A stretch of DNA of 64,000 nt from Octopus sinensis (lineage: Eukaryota): positions 54,808,001 through 54,872,000 of the forward strand of contig NC_042998.1 of assembly GCF_006345805.1 (NCBI RefSeq). Reading direction: 5' to 3'. Made by a program: the position numbers and the translations under genes. Of the stretch, positions 37,490 through 50,740 are shown piece after piece; the stretch's first letter is position 1; each line of letters begins with the position of its first letter. The notes beneath the pieces are model-generated. The model had not been told where the DNA came from. It saw nothing but the letters and a program-made list of their open reading frames with translations, and searched no databases.

Positions 37490-38420
37490 ACCTTTGGCAT
37501 TTAAACTGGCCATATCTGGCCTGGATATTTTACTGGTTTTATGTTCAAACCAACCAGATCGAGACTCTCACATCTATCTTACAAAGTCATTCTAAAAATA
37601 AACAATCACCCCTTCAAAATCTCAAAGTTGGAAGATAATGCAGGATTAATTCAAAACAATGTGAATGAATAAAAAATTACATTTTGCAGAATAATTCAAG
37701 TGCTAATGGGTTAAGGCCATACCCAGCCCAAATATTCTACCTATTTTACATTCAAACCGGCCAGATGCAGCCTCTCCCATCTATCTTACAATGTCATTCT
37801 AAAATTAAACAATCACAGGATTGTCAGCCGGTGGCACATAAAAAGCACCAACCGATCGTGGCTGATGCCAGACCCCTCTGGCACCTGTGCAGGTGGCACG
37901 TAAAAAGCACCCACTACACTCGCTGAGTGGTTGGCGTTCGGTAGGGCATCCAGCTGTAGAAACACTGCCAGATCAGACTGGAGCCTGGTGCAGCCCCTGG
38001 CTCCCCAGACCCCGGTCGAACCGTCCAACCCATGCTAGCGCGGAAAACAGACGTTAAACGATGATGGTGATGATGATGACAGCTTCAAAATCTCAAAGTT
38101 GGAAGATAATACAGGATTAATTCAAAACAATGTGAATGAATAAAAAATTACATTTTGCAGAATAATTCAAGTGCTAATGGGTTACGGCCATACCCAGCCC
38201 AAATATTCTACCTATTTTACATTCAAACCGGCCAGATGCAGACCTCTCCCATCTATCTTACAATATCATTCTAAAAATACACAATCATGCCATCAAAATC
38301 TCAAAGTTACACGATTAAATTCAAAACAATGTGAATAAATAAGCATTACGTTTGACAGAGCAATCCTGAATGCTTAAAATACACAATCATGTCATCAAAA
38401 TCTTGAAGCTACAAAGAATG
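37490..38420. mobile_element. Tandem MITE family A copies interrupted by an RTE tail (37817-38082) flanked by ~205 bp direct repeats
   Basis: 37612-37816 and 38083-38288 are near-identical by eye. Confidence 0.8.
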
Positions 38421-38799
38421 CTAAATCATATTCGGCAACTAAATCAGAATTGTCTTATTCGTTGTGTTACCTTCTGCATTACCTAACAGGTTATATTATT
38501 CTGAATCATATAACTAAGTTAGCAATAGTTGATATCTGTTAGTAAAAACTATTCATTATATTTTCCAAGGTTCTTTTCTGCCTTTTGATCAATTATTTAT
38601 AAAAAAAAAAAACATCATGAAATCTCATGAATATATATATAGTATATGTTTTTAAAGTTTAATTCCTTTTTAAACCTAATCATTGAAACAAAACCCATTC
38701 TCACACAAATACAGCTGTGTGTCTCCGAATGAATATCATGGGACCAAATATTATATTTCAACTTATTTAATGTTTGGTAGGAAGTTAATTGAAAAAAGG

Positions 38800-38832
<33 letters not shown>

Positions 38833-39063
38833 CAAGCCATGTTGAATCATGTGCTTATATTTAATATAGGAACAAATGGTCATTCCTGAATCTAATGGAT
38901 ATATTAAACAAAAATACATCCAGAATTTTTTTTTCCCTTTCTTCTTTAAGATGCCCCATAATTAATTTGTTGCTTTATCCACTGTGACATGAGTCTTTTC
39001 ATCTCACAATCCGGTTTACTTGCTTGTGTCTCATTGATTTCATGAAACTATCCTTCTTCTTAG

Positions 39064-39123
39064 CTGGTGGGCTTCACACTTCCACTAAAGTGCTCTTATT
39101 GGTTCATAATGGCCACCCAAACA
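39064..39123 (+). CDS. Candidate 60 nt exon (xGGLHTSTKVLLLVHNGHPN or LVGFTLPLKCSYWFIMATQT)
   Basis: Acceptor tatccttcttcttag, donor gtaagt, length divisible by 3, two frames open, unique sequence. No homology evidence. Confidence 0.33.
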
Positions 39124-39634
39124 GTAAGTGGTTGGGCATTACATTACAAAATTTTTAGGAAATGAAGAGTCAGAAATATTTGAATTGAATTTTTTGTAGT
39201 TTGCCATTTCTCTTGTAGAGAAATCAGTCTGGAATATTTTCTTTTTTATACTTCATTTGGGAAGCATTTGAAATTTGTTCCATTATTGAAAATAATTTCA
39301 AGATTGTTCATAATCCAGATGTTAGCTATTTCATTATTTATGACAATTAATCTTGAAATTTATCAAGCTTTTTGCTAAGCAAATCTTTTTGGAATATTAG
39401 ATAAATTAAACTGGAAGACCTCTTAATCTCAATTTTGCAAATGACTTTGAGGTGGATTCAGCCTCTGTCTAAAATGATAAATTATAATAGCCTTATCATG
39501 CCCAAATATTCTTCATGTTTATGTTCAAACCAACCACACCGGACCCTCACAGCTAATTTATAATATTCTAAAAATGAACTTTCACATCATTGAAACTCTG
39601 AAGCTACAAGCTGATACATGATTATTTCAAAATA

Positions 39635-40114
39635 CCGTAAATCCTCGAGTATAATACAAATTTTTTTCCAAAAATTTAAAGGTCAAAATCTTAGTGCATA
39701 CTATATACGAGGTTAAAAATGAAAATTATTTTCTAAGCAATGTCCGAGTCTCTATTTGCTGTCTGGCAATGTTTATTCAGACACATATTAAGAAATATCT
39801 TAAGCTAAGCCTGAAAGCAATGAAGTCATAAAAGAATCAAACTTGCAGTAAACAACATTTATTAAACGTTATTACTGTTATTTCTTTATTTTCTGCAAAC
39901 AAAATGCACAAAAATTATGTTATATATGTACAATAATAATAAAGGACATTACCGTATACATTTTTACAAACTAAGGACGTTATATAGACCTCTTTGACTC
40001 AAGTTAGAGAAGGGGTGCGTATTATACACAAGGTTTAGGTTTTTCAGAGGTACAGCCCCCTAAAAATCTCCTGCACATTATATTCAAGGGCGGACTATAC
40101 TCAAGGATTTATGG
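39635..40114. mobile_element. Tc1/mariner-superfamily (Tc2/Kanga-like) MITE nested in a family-A MITE
   Basis: TA|ccgtaaatcctcgagtata ... tatactcaaggatttatgg|TA (two mismatches), subterminal tgcgtattatac-like repeats. Removing it restores the host ttcaaaa-ta-atgtgaata. Confidence 0.85.
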
Positions 40115-40862
40115 TAATGTGAATAAATAAGCATTGCTTTTAACAGAGTAATCTGAATGCTAATGGGTAAAGACAAATTGCTGCTTTTGCTGACCTTCCC
40201 ATCATAATCTTTGTTTAAACTGTTTCTCTCTCTGACTGAAGTTCTGGATTGTTCTTACTGTCATACAGCTCCAGGTCAGCTTTGATGAAATGCATTCTTC
40301 ACTATGTCCATCTCATCTGTTTGTATATAAGAGGATATATTGCCCAATGTTCCTTTATGTAAGGAGCAGGGTATAATTCAAAGGATACTTTGTTGTTATT
40401 TCTAGCATATTGACTAACTATATAAACTTTCCCTTGTAGACTAATTTGTAATATGTGTCAGGGAAAATTACAGTAGCTTGATGTAAGCAGCCAAGACAAG
40501 CTTGTATCACACACTACAGTATTAAATAAGAAGGAAATATTAGATAATATAGTCCTATATATATTGTCTGAAGAAAAGACAACTTGATTGCAGAATGCCT
40601 GTTTAGCCCAAAGGAGTCTACTCTCTCTCACATATTATTGTTTTTGTCACTCATTGTTGATATGCATCAGTCTCTCTCTCTCTCTCACACGCACACACAC
40701 ACACACATGCACACACATATCCTTTACTCTGTCTTTCATTAACCTGTTTTCCTTCAATCTCTCTCTCTCTTCCCTCATCACACTTGCTGTTGGTCTAGTC
40801 CATCTCCTTACCAGCAACCAACATGCAGCTGCCTATCTCCATCTGTCTGATTCTCTCTCTCT

Positions 40863-40902
<40 letters not shown>

Positions 40903-41909
40903 TTTTCTCTCTCTCTCTCTTCATTGCTACTGCCTCTCACTCTCTCTCATCACTCAATCTCATTGCCTTGAACTAGTGTTGGTGTCACAGTAAAATGTAC
41001 TCTATGCACCCTGTGCAGTGGTAGATGCTAGGAAGGACATCCAGTCATAGAAACCATGCCAGTGGTTGAACATATTGAGCAAGAATCAGTCCACAACCTG
41101 TCTAAGAAGGCAGTACTCAAAATAAAAACTGGCTTGGACAATGATGCTTATCCCAAACCATACCAGCAAAAGTAAATTGATAATGATAATGATGATAATC
41201 GTCGTCATCATCATCATCATCATCAACAGATGCTTGTTTCTTTGTTGGCATAAGTTTGATATGTCTGCATCACTGAAAGGTCTCGTCATTCATCTCAGGT
41301 TTGTATCTAGGCTGTGAAAAGATGTCAGATATGATTTTTAGCTAAAAGTAATTATAAAAATTTTTCATTGCACAGAATATAAAATATTCTTCAAAATATT
41401 ACACAACAACAAATACACCAAAAAAAAAAGAAAAGAAAATCTTGCAAAATATATCCAAAACATTGAGGGATGGGGAACAGAAAATGAAGAAAATATTTAA
41501 TTATTTGAAACTGAAATTTATTCTAGGAATACTAATAAAATGTCCTTTCCTTCGGGTGATAATATGGTGAAAAGCATCAAAGAACATGACATACATACAT
41601 AGATATTCCAAATTATTCCAAATATATAATTACAAGATATCTGATAAATTTCAGTTTATATTTATATGTAATGTTGTAGATGGCAGAATCAGTTGGCCAT
41701 AAGGCAAAATATATTTGGTTATATTTATTTATGACTTAAGTTCAAATCCTTTCCAAGTTGACATTACTTTCCTCATCTTTCAGAAATCAATAAAATTTGT
41801 ATCAATTACATATTGTAGTTAATATAATTGAGTAAAAATAGTGTCCCAGTGTGGTCATAGTTTGATGTATCTCTCTCCCCCACTCTCTCTCTACACATAT
41901 CTCTTTTTC

Positions 41910-42260
41910 TCTTTTTTTACATGTTTCAGTCATTTGACTGTGGCCATGCTGGAGCACCGCCTTTAGTCGAGCAAATCGACCCCGGGACTTATTCTTTGTA
42001 AGCCCAGTACTTATTCTATCGGTCTCTTTTTTGCCGAACCGCTAAGTGACGGGGACGTAAACACACCAGCATCGGTTGTCAAGCAATGTTGGGGGAACAA
42101 ACACAGACACACAAACATACACACACATACATATATATATATACATATATACGACAGGCTTCTTTCAGTTTCCATCTACCAAATCCACTCACAAGGCATT
42201 GGTCGGCCCAAGGCTATAGCAGAAGACACTTGCCCAAGATACCACACAGCCACTCCTGCG

Positions 42261-42262
<2 letters not shown>
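41910..42262 (-). mobile_element. SINE family 1
   Basis: Reverse complement of the family consensus seen at 2721. Confidence 0.85.
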
Positions 42263-42307
<45 letters not shown>

Positions 42308-42609
42308 ATGTATATATATGTGTGTGTGTGTATGTATATATATGTGTGTGTGTGTATGTATATATATGTGTGTGTGTTTATGTATATATATATGTGTGTG
42401 TGTGTATCATCATCATCATTTAATGTCCATCTTCCATGCATGCATGGGTAGAACATTTGACAGGAGCCAGCCAGGTAGAAAACTACCCTGGGCTACTGAC
42501 TGCTTAGGCAGGGTTTTTATGGCTGGATGCCCTTCCTAACACTAACCAATCTGCAATATATGTGTATATATTCATGTTTATGTGTGTGTGTGTGTATCAA
42601 TATATATTA

Positions 42610-43030
42610 AATGATGATGGATTCAGTCCCACTGTGTGGCACCTTGGGCAAGTGTCTTCATTATAGCCTTGGGCCGACCAAAGCCTTGTGAGTGGATTTG
42701 GTAGACGGAAACTGAAAGAAGCCCGTCATATATATGTGTATATATATATATATATGTATGTATATATATATATATATATACTTACGTATATATATATATA
42801 TATATTATATACATACATATATATATGTGTGTGTGTGTATGTTTGTGTGTCTGTATTTGTCCCCCCCAACATCGCTTGACAATCGATGCTGGTGTGTTTA
42901 CATCCCCGTAACTTAGCGGTTCGGCAAAAGAAACCAATAGAATAAGTACTAGGCTTACAAAGAATAAGTCCTGGGGTTGATTTGCTCGACTAAAGGCGGT
43001 GCTCCAACATGGCCTGAGTCAAATGACTGA
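42610..43030 (+). mobile_element. SINE family 1
   Basis: ttcagtcccactgtgtggcaccttgggcaagtgtc ... aaaagagtaaaag. Confidence 0.85.
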
Positions 43031-44348
43031 AACAAGTAAAAGAGTAAAAGATGATGATGATGATGATGATATTGTTTAATAAACACAGTATCTATTTTTA
43101 TGAGCTACTAATTGTTTCATGTGATGAAAACAACTCAGAGAGCATTTTACATTATGTCTGGTGCCTTCATGCATGGCTCAGATAAAATTTGTTGAGGCAG
43201 ATTTTTCTACGGCCGGATGCCCTTCCTATCACCAACCCTTACCTGTTTTCAAGTAAGAAAGCATTTTCCCCATAACTACACATGTTTTCATGGTAGATTG
43301 GCAATGAAGAACACTGGTTTCATGTGAGTGGCTCTTGCTTACAACTATCATGCAATGTTGAAGCAAGGAGACTGTAGCACACACACACACATACACACAC
43401 ACACACACACACTCGTGCACACTTAAATGTACATATATAGGACAGGCTTCTTTCAGTTTCCATCTACCGCTTGCAAGGCTTCGGTCGGCCTGGAGCTATG
43501 GTAGAAGATGCCAGTTTCTAAGCTTTCATTTTGGTCACCATCTGGTGGTGTAGAAGAGCAGGAATAAAAATTTTGCCAAAAAATGCTCAGCAAGGTTACT
43601 GGTATTGACTCAGATTCTGAAATCAAAAGTTTTGATGGGAGACAAAGACAGTTGGAGGCAGAGAGTGAAAGATGTTATAGTTTCCTCTGCAGATGGCTAT
43701 TGCTGCTGCTGCTACTGCTACTGCTGCTAAATTATGATAATATGGTTAGGTAGCTAGATACATACTTGCATAAATGTATATATATATGAATGTATACATA
43801 TATATGCGCACACACAACCTGACTCTGTGAACTTGGATTTTGAGACTAAAAGTGTAAATAACATCAACATCAATCATCTTTTGCTCACCATTGCATTATT
43901 GGTCTAAATTGCAAATTTTTATATGCACTTTCTAAACCTATATCTATCTATATAGCTTATGACATTTTCACATGAACCTTATCTGTATGTATATAAGTAA
44001 AATTTGTTCATCTCATTGCTTTTTTTCCTTTTATTTCCTTTACTGTCTTGTGAAGAGACAACCCCCCCACCCACCCCCGTCTCTATATTTTCCCTAAGTG
44101 TTTCTAAGCGTACTTTTAATTCCTGTTTAAATTCAGTGCATTGTAAAATAAATTACTAATAAACAGTCTATAAAACAAGAATTGGCGTCAGCAGAATAGA
44201 TCCAACTAAACAAAAAAAAGCTGATGAAAGAGGGTTTTTTTTTATAAAAGGGAATGGTGTGTTTCGTTATTATGTTTTTTAATTCAGTTTTTGTTTCTGA
44301 TTGAATCTGACCTCTTAGTTAGAAATAACTTACTGTATATTAGCTTAC

Positions 44349-44386
44349 CACAAACAACGAGGGGCTCTCTCAGATAACCCTTCATC
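44349..44386 (-). other. Candidate 38 nt exon, coding status unclear
   Basis: Acceptor actaatttatttttgttgatgatag, donor gtaagc; frames DEGLSERAPRCL or MKGYLREPLVVC. Confidence 0.25.
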
Positions 44387-44739
44387 CTATCATCAACAAA
44401 AATAAATTAGTTCTTTTTTAGATCCAAAATGCTTGCTTGCTTGCCTGAATTTTTTTTCTCTTCTGTTTTGTTATGAAGGCTGTAGCTTTTCTGGGGGTTT
44501 TTTTATTACTTTTTTCCTTTTTTTTTAAATTTATTTATGTGATTTCTTAGTGCTATGCAAACATGAAGCATAAAAAATATAATATATATATATATATATA
44601 TTTGTGTCCATTTTTTTGGCTTTGTTTATCTATGAGCATGTATGTGTGTGTGTGTATAGATATATATACATATGTATCTGTGTGTGTATACAGATACATT
44701 CCATTCATATACTATTTCATGTATTTGCACTTTATATAC

Positions 44740-44776
<37 letters not shown>

Positions 44777-45488
44777 AATGAATTTAGGAAATATTGAATA
44801 AAGATAGTTATCTAGGAAAAATGTTAGGGTGACTGCTAAAATAAACGAACAAACATACTAAATACTAGAACAAGCAATATTTAATTTTAGGGTTTTTTTT
44901 TACATAGTATTTGCTTCATATTTTTATTGTACTTATTAAAACTCCCTTATGCAAAGTCTGGTATATTTGCATGCATGCTTAAGTGTGTGTTTGTGTATAT
45001 ATATATATATATATAATATATATATATATACATATACACACACACACACATATATATATATATAAAGTTTTTTAGTGTATTACAGCCTTAATACACAAAT
45101 AAATCATGTGTGTGTGTGTACATGTATGTTTGTATATGTGTGTGTACATATGTATGTGTGTATATATGTGTGTGTATGTACATATTCATGTATTTGTGTT
45201 TACATTTATATATATTTTTTATATATCTGTGTATGTACATATTCATATATTTGTGTATACAATTCTGTGTAAACATTTTCCCACTCGTGAATATCGGGAT
45301 GTGTTTAAAGTGGATCAATTTTTCTATTAAAGAAGATATATGGTGATGAAACTTGAATAAATAACTAAAATATCTTGGATTCAGATGATTGAGTATCATT
45401 CATTCCTTCTTTCATTCATTCATTCATTCATTCATTCCAGACATGAGTTGGTTTGTTTGTTTCTTTCTTAGTTATCTCTCCACCCTAC

Positions 45489-45566
45489 CTATATTTTTAT
45501 GGCTGACATGGGGGGGGGCAGCTCTGTCATATCCTCCTGGTGTTTTGGTTAAGACCCACACTATTA
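45489..45566 (-). CDS. Candidate 78 nt exon (xIVWVLTKTPGGYDRAAPPHVSHKNI)
   Basis: Acceptor tttgcatacttatcgttatag, donor gtaggg, phase 1-1, in frame with 45854-46001. Confidence 0.3.
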
Positions 45567-45638
45567 CTATAACGATAAGTATGCAAACCAAGCCTTCCTC
45601 CTTTTTTATTATTTTAATATAAATAGAAATATGTGTGA

Positions 45639-45678
<40 letters not shown>

Positions 45679-45770
45679 ATGTGTATGTATATGTGTATAT
45701 ATATATGTATATGTATATATATATATATGTATATATATATATGTGTGTGTGTGTGTATGTATATATATAT

Positions 45771-45812
<42 letters not shown>

Positions 45813-45853
45813 CGCCTTCAAACTGAATGCATCCCCCATATTGTTTAGCTGAC

Positions 45854-46001
45854 CTAACTTTAGTATCCTGCTAAGAGCATTCATAACACAGAGGCTCTGA
45901 TTGGCTTGTAAGTTCAGTACATATGCTAGCTTGATGCAGGCATATGTTGCAGACATTCCTGTTAATTCAGAAAAATTCTGCATAGCAGGTATTTGGATAC
46001 T
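45854..46001 (-). CDS. Candidate 148 nt exon ([49 protein letters not shown])
   Basis: Very strong acceptor cacatctcttctgtcatctatctcttgcag, single open frame over 49 codons, weaker donor gtcagc. Confidence 0.35.
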
Positions 46002-46195
46002 CTGCAAGAGATAGATGACAGAAGAGATGTGAATGTATTAAGAAAATTGGTTGTAGATGCAGAAGTGGTTGTGTGGTAAGATGTTTGCTTCTCAACCACA
46101 TGGCTTTTTAGGGTTCAGTCCCTCTGCATGGCACCTTGGACAAGTGACTTCCACTATAACCCCAGCCAAGCTATTTGAAGGTAATTATTGTTAGG

Positions 46196-46426
46196 CGGCG
46201 AGCTGGCAGAAACATTAGTACGCCGGGCGAAATGCTTAGCGGTACTCCATCTGCTGCTACATTCTGAGTTCAAATTCCGCCGAGGTCAACTTTGCCTTTC
46301 ATCCTTTCGGGGTCGATTAAATAAATACCAGTTATGCACTGGGGTCGATATAATCGACTTACTCCGTTTGTCTGTCCTTGTTTGCCCTCTCTGTGTTTAG
46401 CCTCTTGTGAGTAGTAAAGAAATAAA
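46196..46426 (+). mobile_element. SINE family 2, full length with TSD
   Basis: TSD taattattgttagg at 46182-46195 and 46427-46440. Confidence 0.9.
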
Positions 46427-46659
46427 TAATTATTGTTAGGTATGCCATTCAAAGAGTTCTGTAGGCCAGTTTGTCCATGACTGACATTGAGGTGCCTTCA
46501 TACTGTTGCTGTTGCTATTGTTCACCAGATAAACCCTGGTCAAGCAAACCTGTCTAAATCCATTTCAGTTCCATTGGCCATGTTAGTTTGTTTTATCAGC
46601 TTTAGCATAGAACTACATTATCCAATGTGTCCTGACTATTTAAAAATATTAGCATACTC

Positions 46660-47012
46660 CCTTTACTATTTTACTTGTTTCAGTCATTTGACTGCAGCCA
46701 TGCTGGAGCACCACCTATAGTTGAGCAAATCGACCCCGGGACTTATTCTTTGTAAGCCTAGTACTTATTCTATCGGTCTTTTTTGCCGAACCGCTAAGTT
46801 ACAGGGACATAAACACACCAGCATCAGTTGTCAAGCGATGTTGGGGGGACAAACACAGACATACAAACACACACACACATATATATACACGTACATATAT
46901 ATGACAGGCTTCTTTCAGTTTCCGTCTACCAAATCCACTCACAAGGCTTTGGTTGGCCCGAGGTTGTGGTTGGTAAGCAAGCTACTTACCACACAGCCAC
47001 TCCTGCGCCTAT
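46660..47012 (-). mobile_element. SINE family 1 (internally deleted)
   Basis: Reverse complement of the family consensus. Confidence 0.85.
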
Positions 47013-47511
47013 GCATTAAAGAAAACTGCTATTACTAGCATATCAAGTGACCACTTAGGGGATATGTAAATTGCTGTGTGATTTTCAGTGGATTTTTATG
47101 TTTAAGACAAAAATTTTTTGTTTAACGTTAACTCTTCAGCATTTTAAACTGGCCATATCAGGCTCAAATATTCTACTGGCTTTATGTTAACTCTGGCCAG
47201 ATCCAGTGGTTGGCATTAGGAAGGGCCTCCAGCCATAGAAACAAAGCCAAAACAGAGAACTGGAGCCTGGTGCTGCTCTCCGGCTTACCAGTTTCAGCAT
47301 GGAAAAAGACTGTAAATGATGACGATGATGATGATGGTGATGATAATGATGACATCATGAAAATCTCAAAGCTACAAGATAACACATGATTAATTCGAAA
47401 CAATCATCATCGTTGTTTAGTGTCCTCTTTCCATGTTGGCATGGGTTGGATGGATGGCTTATCAACAGTTTGGGAAGAAGAATGCTTTGCTGAGGTGTGT
47501 ATAATTTCTGG

Positions 47512-47543
<32 letters not shown>

Positions 47544-48147
47544 TGTTGGTGGATCCAGAAGTGTGAAAGTGTGTAGCCTTGGACTGACAATTGTTAGGTC
47601 ATGAGTTTGATTCCCAGACCAATGGCTCAATCTGCCCTTGGGCAAGGCACTTTACTTCACATTACTCTTGTTCACTCTGATACAGACTGGTGCCTCACAG
47701 ACTTTTGGAAAATTCAAGTTATCAGTGGCCCTTGATGGCTACAGAACCCTGTATGATGATAATGAATCTTGAAGTAAAGGAACATAGAAATCAATTAATC
47801 ACAGTAAATGCAGCAGTTTTTCATATAACAATGGCCCGAGGCCAAGTAGAAATAGCAGTCAAAACACCCCAAAATAGCAACCTACCTTCTTTAGAAAAGA
47901 TGTGACACTTTAGGTGATGTCCTGCGTAATACATTATGTTGGAATGACAGTAGTATGAATGATCTGTCTAGCAGTATAACTGTATGTGTCACCACTGAAA
48001 CAATTTGGTTGGTTCTAGCAGCTAGGTGCTTTAGCTGTGCCGTTGTCATCCATTGGTTTTGATGCTGTGGCTACACTGCTGGTTAGCTATTTCTTTCAAA
48101 GACAAAATGGTGCTAGGTGTTTTAGGACTACCAAATATTTTTTCTGT

Positions 48148-48400
48148 GGAGGTGCGTGGCTTAGTGGTTAGGGTGTCAGCATCATGATTGTAAGATTGTT
48201 GTTTCAATCCCTGGACTGGGCGATGCATTGTGTTCTTGAGCAAAACACTTCATTTCATGTTGCTCCAGTCCACTCAGCTGGCAAAAATTAGTAACGCTGC
48301 GATGGACTGGCGTCCCATCTAGCTGGGGAACACATACGCCATGGAAACCGGGAAACCGGGCCCATGAGCCTGGCTAGGCTTTAAAAGGGTGCATCTATTA
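48148..48400 (+). mobile_element. SINE family 3, full length
   Basis: A-box TGGCTTAGTGG, B-box-like GTTTCAATCCC, body ttcttgagcaaaacac, gcgatggactggcgtcccatc. Confidence 0.8.
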
Positions 48401-48639
48401 TCTATTATTAAATATTCTTTCTACACGCACACACATGTTATATACTCTGACCATTTTTTTTTTCCAGTGATAATTCTGCTGACTGGAATATAATCTTTGA
48501 TGTCTATCAACCAAATTCTCTGTTCAAAAAGAGCAACCCTGGTCTACCATACTTCAGAGTGTGTGTATGTAGGTAAGTAGAGCATATCTACTATTCAAAT
48601 AGCTTTCTGTTTATAATAGGTACAGGTGTAGCTGTGTGG

Positions 48640-49040
48640 TAAGAGGCACAGGTGTGGCTGTGTGGTAAGAAGCTTGCCTCCCAGGGCGGCGAACTGGCAG
48701 AAGCGTTAGCATGCCGGGCGAAATGCTTAGTGGTGTTTCGTCTGCCACTATGTTCTGAGTTCAAATTCCGCCGAGGTCAACTTTGCCTTTCATCCTTTCG
48801 GGGTTGATTAAATAAGTACCAGTTATGCACTGCGGTCAATATAATTGACTTAATCCGTTTGTCTCTCCTTGTTTGTCCCTTCTGTGTGTAGCCCCTTGTG
48901 GGCAGTAAAGAAATAAGAAGCTTGCTTCCCAACCACATGGTTCTGGCTTCAGTCTCACTGCATGGCATCTTAGGCAAGTGTCTTTTACTATAGCCTCAGG
49001 TTAACCAAAGCCTTGTGAATGGATTTGGCAGATGGAAACT
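48640..49040 (+). mobile_element. SINE family 1 head interrupted by a family-2 SINE (48684-48913)
   Basis: 18 bp TSD taagaagcttgc(c/t)tccca at 48666-48683 and 48914-48931. Confidence 0.88.
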
Positions 49041-49384
49041 GAAAGAAGCCTATCATGTATGTGTTTGCAGCTGCTGGCTCTCCACACCTCGGTCAAACCG
49101 TCCAACCCATGCAAGGACGGAAAATGGATGTTAAATGAGAATGATCATGATGTGTGTATGTATGTATATTTATGTGTCTTTGTGTTTGTTGCCTCACCAC
49201 CGACTGACAACCGGTGTTGGTGTGTTTACATCCCTGTGAACTAGCTATTCAGCAAAAGAGACTGATAGAATAAGTACCAGTGTACTTACCACACAGCCGC
49301 TCCTGCGCCTGTATGTATATGTGTGCATATGTACACATATACATACATTTGTGTGAATATTTCTACATAGCAATGCCTGTATAT

Positions 49385-50060
49385 TACTCTTTACTCTTTT
49401 ACTTGTTTCAGTCATTTGACTGCGGCCATGCTGGAGCACCGCCTTTTAGTCGAACAAATCGACCCCAAAACTTATTCTTTGTAAGCCTAGTACTTATTCT
49501 ATCGGTCTCTTTTGCCGAACCGCTAAGTAACGGGGACGTAAACATACCAGCATCGGTTGTCAAGCGATGTTGGGGGGACAAACACAGACACACACATATA
49601 TATATATATATATATACACGACAGGCTTATAGTTTCCGTCTACCAAATCCACTCACAAGGCTTTGATCAGCCCGAGGCTATAGTAGAAGACACTTTCCCA
49701 AGTCATTTGACTGTGGCCATGCTGGAGCACCGCCTTTTAGTCGAGCAAATCGACCCCGGGACTTATTCTTTGTAGGCCCAGTACTTATTCTATCGGTCTC
49801 TTTTGCCGAACCGCTAAGTGACGGGGACGTAAATACACCAGCATCGGTTGTCAAGCAATGCTAGAGGGACAAACACAGACACACAAACATATACACACAC
49901 ATATATATGACAGGCTTCTTTCAGTTTCCGTCTACCAAATCCACTCACAAGGCTTTGGTCGGCCCGAGGCTATAGCAGAAGGCACTTGCCCAAGATGCCA
50001 CGCAGTGGGACTGAACCCAGAACCATGTGGCTGGTTAGCAAGCTACTTACCACACAGCCC
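49385..50060 (-). mobile_element. Two tandem, partly overlapping family-1 SINEs
   Basis: gtcatttgactg.ggccatgctggagcaccgcc occurs at about 49411 and 49702. Confidence 0.85.
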
Positions 50061-50087
50061 AAAAAAACAGCATAACTCTTTAGTTTG

Positions 50088-50118
<31 letters not shown>

Positions 50119-50469
50119 GTACACATGGTTTTGTGTGTGTTTACATAAGACAAAATAGTTACCTTTCGCTACTATTATTTAAATATACACCACACACACA
50201 CAATTATGCTCACACATATGACGTATGATACTAAGGTGCAGAGCAGAGAGGTGGAAAGAGTTTGTGGTGGCAACATTAACAGTTTTTTGATTTGTTTTTT
50301 TTTTAACAAGGAAAATAGCCAAAAGTGAAGTAAAATATAGAATTTCCTATAAAAACAAAAACACCTTTTTTTTTTCTCTCAAATCACTTGAAATCTTGAA
50401 CTTAATAAGTACAAACATTTCTATTCAGTCACCTTTTTGTCACTTCCTACACAATTCATAAATAATTAG

Positions 50470-50740
50470 GCACCACCACTACCATCATTATCATCATCAT
50501 CATGATTATTATGATTATCATTATTTTTGTTGTTACTATTATTATTATTGTTGTTATTGTGTTTGTTATTATTATGGCCTTCTGCCAGAATTTGAAACAT
50601 CATCATCATCATCATGATTATTATTATTATTATTATTATATTATTATTATTATTATTATCATTATTATTATTTATTATTATTATTATTATCATTATTATT
50701 TATCATTATTATTATTTATCATTATTATTATTATTATTTA
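50470..50740. repeat. (ATT)n/(ATC)n microsatellite
   Basis: Read directly. Confidence 0.95.
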
